NCBI GenBank assembly: GCA_001179505.1
Contig: CDMY01000841.1
Location: forward strand, 1 to 16,048
From: Vitrella brassicaformis CCMP3155
Lineage: Eukaryota; Protista; Chromerida
Direction of reading: 5' to 3'
DNA: 16,048 nt
Shown: in pieces, positions 9,901-16,048 of the stretch
Numbering within the stretch: the stretch's first letter is position 1
Layout of the letters: each line of letters opens with the position of its first letter
Position numbers and translations under genes: made by a program
The notes under the pieces: generated by a model
What the model was told of the DNA's origin: nothing
What the model saw: the letters and a program-made list of their open reading frames with translations, nothing else
Databases searched by the model: none

Positions 9901-12900
9901 NNNNNNNNNNNNNNNNNNNNNNNNNNNNNNNNNNNNNNNNNNNNNNNNNNNNNNNNNNNNNNNNNNNNNNNNNNNNNNNNNNNNNNNNNNNNNNNNNNNN
10001 NNNNNNNNNNNNNNNNNNNNNNNNGGGGGTGGTGGGGCTGCCACAGTACCAGATGTGTTGCCGTGGTAGCCGACGGGCTTAAATTCTGCGTCGATGTTGC
10101 AAGCCATGACGGCCTCTGAGGCGTGTCTGAACTTGGGCGGGTTGGGGTTGTCGGGGTCGCCTGACTCGAGGAGGTCCTCCTTGGTGGTGCCGTTGACCGA
10201 CGCTATCAGGAATGCATTGTGCGGCTCGGGGTACGGGAAGGCAGGGCAGTCCTCTGACAGACACAACACACCACACCATCCATCGCTCGACATGTGTCTA
10301 GTACACACATGACATACATGTCTCGTGTGTACTATATGTATGCAGGTAGGTTACTTACTTCCGCAGACGAGTGTTTGGTTGGTCCAGTTGCCGTCATTAC
10401 AGAAGAGGATCTCGCCCTCGGTCCCGCCGACCACGTCGTAGCCTCTATCGTGGTCACACGATATCGTCACTGTCGCGCCGTGCTTCAGCCCGCCATCCTG
10501 GACGTGCTTAGCCACGCTGAGTCGGGAACTCAGAACATGCAGCTGCGCGCACACACAGCGGCCTTTCCATTCCGTCAGCCGGTTGTGTGTGTCGCTGCAC
10601 TGACTGACTGACCTGCACACTGTGGGATGGCTCCCACGGTCCACACGCCGTCGTCACACACGACAGTAGCGACGTCCTGCCCCCCAGTGACCCGCTCGAA
10701 CTGCCTGGCGCACTTGATGGACACAGCGAATCCGTGTCTGAAGGTGCTGTTGGGTGCTAGGAGGTCATCGAGGGCCGGCTTGACCACCCTGTAGTGGTCG
10801 GGCTTGATGCTCGCCGGCCACTTCCATGGACCACACGTCTCTGTAAGTAAGTAAAACAGATAGACAGACGGACAGACACACAGACACATGGACACATAGA
10901 CACATAGACATTTATAGAGTGCGGTGCCATCGACAGGAGCGCGGGATGGAGGGGATGGGCTTCTGACTCCCTCACTTTTGCAGACGAGTCTTGGTTCGGT
11001 CCAGTTGCCGTTGACGCAGACGGTGGTATCAGAGGGGGGCATCTCGGGGTCCTGTGGCGTGTGACCCTCGCCGCACTCCAAGGTCATGGTCACCCCGTGG
11101 CGGTAGGGTGCACTCACACCCTCGGGCATCTTCTTGACGCGATATGCACCCTCGGTGTCACGGACCACGGCGGGCGGCTCAGACACACATTGCTCTGACA
11201 GACACACAGACAAACAGATCCATAATTGAGTAGCCGTGCGGTGCAGTGTCTTGGTTGGCTGGCTGGCTGGCTGGCTCACTCCAGCAGAAGAGTGCGGGCT
11301 TCTCCCATTCCCCGTCGAGGCACGACAGCACATCCTGCCCCTTGGTCTCACCCACGCCCTCGTCCCACCCGTTGGCCGTGTCGCAGTGCAACGTCACCTT
11401 GGTACCGAACGGCTTACCCTCGCCAGCCAGCTCGCTCCCATTGCCCGCAGCAGACGTGTCGTTGGCCGCTCTGGCGGCTGCTGCCGCTGCCTCTGCTGGT
11501 TGTGTGTCCCTCTCAATCATGGCGGCCTTGGTTCGCTGTGAGTGGTGCATCTTGTGCCTGGTGCGCCGCCGTCTGCTCTGCTGTGTGGGAGTGCGCCTGG
11601 GGTGCTGCTGCTGGTGCCGCTGGATGGAGTGGTACAGTGCGTAGGGGTCAAATGTGAAGGTGTGCTGTGCGCCGAACCGCTTGCGGATCAGCTGCACGTA
11701 CCGCACGTAGGCGCTGAGCTTACGCTGACTGCTGCTGGACCCGGTGAGACACGAAGGCCGAGGTGGCGTTGGTGGCAGAGGGAGAGGGAGCTGCCGCGGG
11801 TGTGGCCGTCTCCTCTCCCTCCTCACCTTCGGCATACTCCCATGTGTAGCCGATGTCGCTCACCAAATGATACGGGGGACACGTGGCTGGCAGAGAGAAG
11901 ACAAGACACACACAGATGTTTGGTGCAGCCCTATGTATGACAATTGCTGTGTGGGTCTGTGTGGTTGGTTGTGTCCTGTCATTACTTGAGCACTGCATGT
12001 TGACCCTGGTCCAGCCATAGGTGCCCTTCCCCTCAGCGCACATGATGGCGCTGACGTCCTCCTCGGGGGCTGGCGGGAGGGAGGCGTTGACCTTGTTGGA
12101 GGCAGCATTGAGCTCCTCCTCTTTGCTGCCGAAGCACCGGCACTTGACGATCTCGTACACGGGGTGGTGGGGCCTCGGGTACTTTGGCGGCTTGCACGTC
12201 ACACGGATGAGCGACCCCAAGGTGCGGTTCTCCTGACCCAGGGGCGGCTCCGTGTTGAAGTCATCTTCCTTGCCCTTGGGCAGCTCATAACGCGGGCACA
12301 CACCTGCGCACACCACACCACATACACACACACGCCCACCTCACAGGTCTGTCTCACGTGTCTCTCTTATGTATGCATGTTCGGGAGACAAAGTGCTCAC
12401 TCACCCCAGCACTCGAGAATGAGCGAGTCCATGTGCCTCTGTCACATGTGATGATCTGCTCCGAGATGGCCCCCTCGATGGCCGGTGGGCGGTAGTTTGG
12501 CGCACACCGCACCAGCCGTGCCGACCCGGACACAAACGTGCCAGCCTCGGTGGCGTTGCCCGTGGTGGCTGCGGCCTCCTCTGGGGTCACGTCGAGTGTC
12601 GTGTTGGGGTGACCGCCCAACGAGGAGTTGTGTGTGTAGGGGAGAATCTCGTAGGCCTCCATCTGATGTAGACAAGCAGCATCCCTCTTGCCCGCCTTGA
12701 CGGGGATGCACGCCGGACAGTTCACTGCACACACGCACAGACGTATGGTATTGAAGGGAGAGACCCATTACATTTCTGCCTGCCAGCCGTTTGTGCGTGA
12801 CGTGAGCTGAATGACAGACCTGCGCATGAGAGTGGGAGTGCGGCGAGGACGCCGTCGTTGCATCTGAGTGTGGCGCTGGTGGCTGCGCCCAGAGTGGGGG

Positions 12901-15475
12901 GGATGGGTTTGACGCCGTCTCTGCACTTGACGGTGATGTCGTTGCCGTCCTCGATGAGGAAGCTGTCAGGGTTCATCTTGGTCTTGGTCTCCACCACCAG
13001 GGGGCAGTCGCCGGACTCCTTGGGGTTCTCCCCACCGCATCCCAGGTTGGTCTTGCGCCACCACCACTCGTGCGTCACCTCACACGCAGCTGGGGACAGA
13101 CATGACATAGGTATGAGACACATGAGACACAAGCAAGCGATTCACTCACTCACAGCTGCTGTGAAGTGGATAGCTAATCTGCTTCCCAGCTAAGTTAGCT
13201 ACGTACCTCTGCACTCCATGACCCTTCTGCTGTATGCCCCGGCACGTGCACTGCACCCTTTCGGACGTCTGGCCTTTGGCGCTGTCGCGTCCCCGTCAGC
13301 TCCTGCAGACGGTGTGGGATCACCACCCTCGCTCGCCGCCCCATCCCTCTCCATGAGTGTGACATTCGACTCCATCAGCTCCTCGGCCTCCAGAGCCAGC
13401 CCCAGGAAGAGCAAAGGATCCTCGTAGCCGAAGCCGCCAGTCATGGGGGGCGGCTTGGCGCCGCATGTGAGCTCGTCCATTCGGTCGACGAGTCCGTTTT
13501 GCTGCTGGTAGAAGCCGGCCGGCTGGTCGCACATGAGGTTGAAGGTGAAGCCCTGGGGCCGGGTGCGGAGCCAGTTGCCCTGGATGACCTTCTGCGGTGT
13601 CTTCTCCTCCCCTGTGGCGTGCAGGGGGCTGGCCAGATACCGGTCGGGGGTGCCGGCGGGCAGGACGTGGCTGTAGGGCGGACACCGCACTGCCGACCGA
13701 CAAGAGGGAGGGCACACAGCACAGAGAGAGACATAGAGATTCATTCATCCGATCCATGGATGGGATCGTGTCTCTATTGTTTGGATGTCATGTGTTTGTG
13801 TGTGTGTGCGTACGTAGGCAGTCGCATCCGCATCTGTCCCGCTCGCTTTGGTCGAGGTCCTTGACGGTGGCGTCGCACTCCTCCAGCTCGGGCTGGAACA
13901 CACCGTCACCACACGTCTGACGAACCGACGACGCTGCAGACAGACAGAAGAGAAAGCATCAGCAGCCAGCCAGTGCAGGGCAGGGCAGTTGTGTGTTGTG
14001 CCCTTCTTACATTCGAAGAGCTCAGGGTTGGTGGGCTGCCGCTGGATCTCCAGGTAACCCAGCTGACCTGGTGGACACACCAATCCCATCAATCCCATCA
14101 ACGAATGAATCAATGCAGGCGTCCAATCCTCCCACCATATACACTGCTCCGCTCACGTGAATACTGACTGACCATCGAAGCAGTTATCTCCGTTGGCGTC
14201 GCATCCGATGGTGACTTTGGTGCCGGGGAAGTTGCCATAGCCGTCGTCAGAGGCCAGCAGCTTCAAATACACCTGCGAGTTGGTGACCTCCTTGTTGGCC
14301 TCCTGCAGGTACTTGAGCCGGTACAGCGACATCTTCGGGCGGCATGCGTCCGAGCTGCCCTTGCAGTGCTGCGCGTCCAGAGTCAGCTGCAGCAAGAAAC
14401 CGTCAGGGCTCACCCAGCACGTGGGGATGGTGAAGTCGCCCTCCCCCCCGTCGACGATGATGCCGAACTGGATCTTCTCCTCCTCGGTTTCGTCCCGCTT
14501 GAGGCCGATCTGGAAGCCCCGGTGGTTGTCCAGCAGCACCTGGAAGGTGTCCTTCGCGGGCAGCTTCTTGAGCTTGACGAAGAAGGCAAAGTAGACGAAG
14601 TTGTGGTTCTGGTCCATCAGGGGCACACAGGCGTCGGACAGTAGCGACTGGTCGCCCTTGAACTGCAACCATCCGGCCACCGGACTCTCACCCTCCCTAC
14701 ACAGACAGACAAAAGAAAGAGCGGAATTTGTTTGTCTCTCAGTGGGTGTCGGTCGATTGTGTGTGGCTGGGCTGACTCACTCTGGTGTAATGAGTGCGGG
14801 TGCCTTGGCGACATCGGTTTGCTTGAATCTTATATCATTCCCGCCACTGCGTGGCGCCCACTCTGTGGCCAAGTTGGGGTTGTCCAGCGGGCTGCGCACC
14901 GTGTAAGGCGACACGTCAAGCTTCAGCCCCTCAGTCGCCAGCGCCACACTTTTGTCGCACTTGTCACCATCACCAACACCAGAGTGCAGCTGCACAAACC
15001 CAACTTCCCTCTGAGTCTGAGCATCAGCGAGCTCAATAAACGAATGATGATTTCGATGCGATGAAGACACCCTCGGCCACAATCTCGGCCTTGGTGAGGA
15101 AGCTGCTAAGCTTCTTCTCCCCTGAGCAGCTTGGGTGCTGAAAGCACTCAGCGGCGAGAGACCCAGCAGCGTCGCCCTTCTGTCGATTCCCTTTCTCTGG
15201 CCTGTGGTGGCGAGGGATGAAACGAGCGCTTCATCTTCAGCTGTCAGCAGGGGCTGGTCGTCTGCAGTGCAGGGACCTCCTCGGTCGCTGCATCCCTCCC
15301 GCCTCCTGCCGCTCTGAGAGAGCAGGTGGGCGTTGTTGGTCGAGTTGAGGCTGCTCTGCTGTGCTGCTGCAGGGCCCTCCTTGACGGTAGCATGTAGGTA
15401 GAGCCGGGGCGACATGAGAATCGACGCGAGAGTGCCGAACGCCAGTGCAAGCGCCGCGCCTGCACCCCACGCCAT
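3931..15475 (-). CDS. Large secreted LamG + cysteine repeat + 22x Sushi/CCP-like protein (~2,800 aa), frame-disrupted at six sites (possible pseudogene, exon-skipping gene or assembly errors). Exons 5'->3': 15475-14781, 14696-14173, 14067-14011, 13933-13814, 13689-13207, 13089-12820, 12724-12405, 12303-11986, 11886-11280, 11194-10976, 10840-10613, 10542-10359, 10253-9539 (spans gap), 9415-9212, 9111-8905, 8837-8340, 8211-8089, 7990-7817, 7723-7389, 7310-7071, 6987-6748, 6550-6257, 6100-5907, 5778-5644, 5527-5428, 5345-5144, 4994-4891, 4727-4431, 4331-3931
   Basis: ATG at 15475-15473 has an in-frame TGA just upstream (15487-15485) and is followed by a hydrophobic leader. There are 28 GT-AG introns and a stop TAA at 3933-3931. 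The recurrent module pattern is C-P-x-(Y/F)...HG-x3-(I/V/L)-x-C...C-x-(D/N)-G-x-W-x4-(L/I/F)-x-C, e.g. CFDGHWTEKILQC, CNDGNWTNQTLVC, CVDGEWSMRTLKC. Confidence 0.9.
5108..5140. repeat. 12-nt tandem repeat (CTGGCTGCCCGG) x2.7
   Basis: Read directly; lies at the 5' end of intron 5143-4995 of gene 2. Confidence 0.9.
5388..5409. repeat. (GT)11 intronic microsatellite
   Basis: Read directly; lies in intron 5427-5346 of gene 2. Confidence 0.95.
5549..5572. repeat. (CCAT)6 intronic microsatellite
   Basis: Read directly; lies in intron 5643-5528. Confidence 0.95.
7530..7541. repeat. Coding (TA)5-6 microsatellite in gene 2 exon 19, coinciding with a frame switch
   Basis: Minus strand reads GAA GTA A TATATATATA TCT CCG CAC GGC: 11 nt between in-frame codons. 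Confidence 0.9.
9725..10024. other. Assembly gap (300 N) inside a polyproline-coding G-run tract of gene 2 exon 13
   Basis: Run of n flanked by ggtgggggtgggg and gggggtggtgggg. The minus-strand frames on the two sides differ by 1 nt, so the gap length is nominal. Confidence 0.98.
11257..11276. repeat. (GGCT)5 intronic microsatellite
   Basis: Read directly; adjacent to the donor at 11279. Confidence 0.95.
13814..13933 (-). other. Cysteine-rich CGDG...EECD repeat (myxobacterial disulfide repeat / DUF4215-like), single copy in exon 4
   Basis: Spliced translation SSSVRQTCGDGVFQPELEECDATVKDLDQSERDRCGCDCL. Confidence 0.7.
14011..14696 (-). other. LamG / concanavalin A-like (pentraxin-type) beta-sandwich domain, exons 2-3
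   Basis: GWLQFKG...FVYFAFFVKL...FQIGLK...IQFGII...TKVTIGCDANGDNCFDGQLGYLEI resembles the LamG-3 hallmarks F(T/S)xxFWVK and IG...F.G.(I/L)..(L/V).I. Recognised by eye, no HMM run. Confidence 0.65.
15389..15475 (-). other. Predicted N-terminal signal peptide (MAWGAGAALALAFGTLASILMSPRLYLHA)
   Basis: Uncharged Ala/Leu-rich run directly after the first Met. No C-terminal TM or GPI-like tail is seen (the protein ends KLLECL*), so it is probably soluble secreted. Cleavage site not computed. Confidence 0.7.
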
Positions 15476-15928
15476 GAGAGCCACTCACTCGACAGGCGAT
15501 GAAGGCGGGCAGGGCTCGGTCGGTCGGTCGGTCTGTCAGCAGACCACGGCCATCGAGCGACAGCCCAGCCGATGCGATTTGGTGCCTCGGTGCGATGCAG
15601 ATGCGATAAGTGGGCTTCAGCCACTGTGCAATGCCGGTCTTGCGAATCAGTGAGGCGCCCTTCAGGGTTTAACTTCTCGCAATCTGTCAGAATAGGGGGG
15701 AGAGAGTCGGGGAGAATGGTGAAGAGAGGATCTGCCGGGCGGTCAGTCCCGGATAAAGGATTAAGTCAATGCAACGTAAGGTCTGTGGATTTTGTGGAGA
15801 GTCCACGTAGGACATGTAGTATGCGTCAGTCCATCCTGTCTGACGTCCTGTCCGCCATGGCCTGTCTCATGGAACGGACAGACTCAACAGCCGTCCTGTC
15901 TCACAGATCAGTGGATCGTCGGTCTATG

Positions 15929-15948
15929 AACCCTAGACCCTAAACCCT
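15929..15948 (+). repeat. Degenerate telomere-like (CCCTAAA-type) repeat, about 2.5 units
   Basis: aaccctagaccctaaaccct. Very short, so it may be chance. Confidence 0.35.
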
Positions 15949-16048
15949 GGGCCGACTTGCACTTCTGACACCCCCTCTCAAGTCGGTGCAGAGTTAGGAC
16001 ATGAATCTCCATAAAACTATAACTGAAACTCCGCGCGTGAGGTCTTCG

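Larger units (their letters stand above)
3931..13689 (-). other. Array of 22 divergent Sushi/CCP/SCR-like modules (exons 5-29)
   Basis: 19 modules are each encoded by one exon and three are split over two (8211-7817, 5778-5428, 5345-4891). Most have four core Cys plus G-x-W before the last Cys. Confidence 0.85.

Noticed and set aside
11725-11752. 28-nt micro-intron (GTGTCT...GTCAG) that would fix the exon 9 frame
   Set aside because: Far shorter than any supported intron here (minimum 67 nt), with a weak donor.
5517-11760. Euplotes-like programmed ribosomal frameshifting as the explanation for the frame breaks; the three +1 sites do have a stop within a few codons (GCG TAA G, GGC TAA G, GCC TGA C)
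   Set aside because: The three -1/+2 sites have no stop or slippery heptamer before the conserved residues, and no common codon precedes the stops. Nearby out-of-frame stops are expected after any indel.
4483-14906. Numerous plus-strand ORFs of 60-200 aa opposite gene 2, and minus-strand ORFs opposite the kinase
   Set aside because: Antisense shadows of GC-rich coding exons or translations of microsatellites (MDGWMDG, VCVCV, GRQAGRQ). They show no domain-like features or coherent splicing.
3931-15475. Metalloprotease (pappalysin) catalytic domain, RGD motif or membrane anchor in gene 2
   Set aside because: No HExxH or RGD in the spliced translation. The only internal hydrophobic run (PLLFLGLAL) is too short for a TM helix, and the C-terminus ends in a Sushi module. 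The 300-N gap cannot be inspected.
15572-15943. 123 aa plus-strand ORF upstream of gene 2
   Set aside because: Non-ATG start, no recognisable motif, Ser/Arg-rich random-like composition.

Overview
Intron-rich, GC-rich eukaryotic genomic DNA with short (67-197 nt), microsatellite-laden GT-AG introns. The style suggests an alveolate such as the chromerid Vitrella, but this is inference and no database was consulted. I spliced two convergent genes by hand. (1) Plus strand, 26-3317, 5'-truncated: the last subdomain of a CMGC-like Ser/Thr kinase (DLVSRLLTYYPNDRLSSAQEALDHPWF), followed by a ~755 aa low-complexity tail, over 10 exons. (2) Minus strand, 15475-3931: a 29-exon, ~2,800 aa secreted protein with signal peptide and pro-segment, a LamG/ConA-like domain, one CGDG...EECD cysteine repeat and 22 Sushi/CCP-like modules, mostly one per phase-1 exon. 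Gene 2 has intact splice sites and no in-frame nonsense codon in the module frames, yet it carries six frame disruptions, all at short-repeat contexts and all in phase 1-1 exons whose skipping restores the frame. Other notable points: 34 of 37 modelled introns are phase 1; many introns have complementary AC/AG-rich 5' and GT/CT-rich 3' arms that could form hairpins; and SF(I/V)E motifs resembling apicomplexan maturase sites occur in linkers. A 300-N assembly gap (9725-10024) lies in a polyproline-coding tract. No RNA genes, CRISPR arrays or mobile elements are supported.
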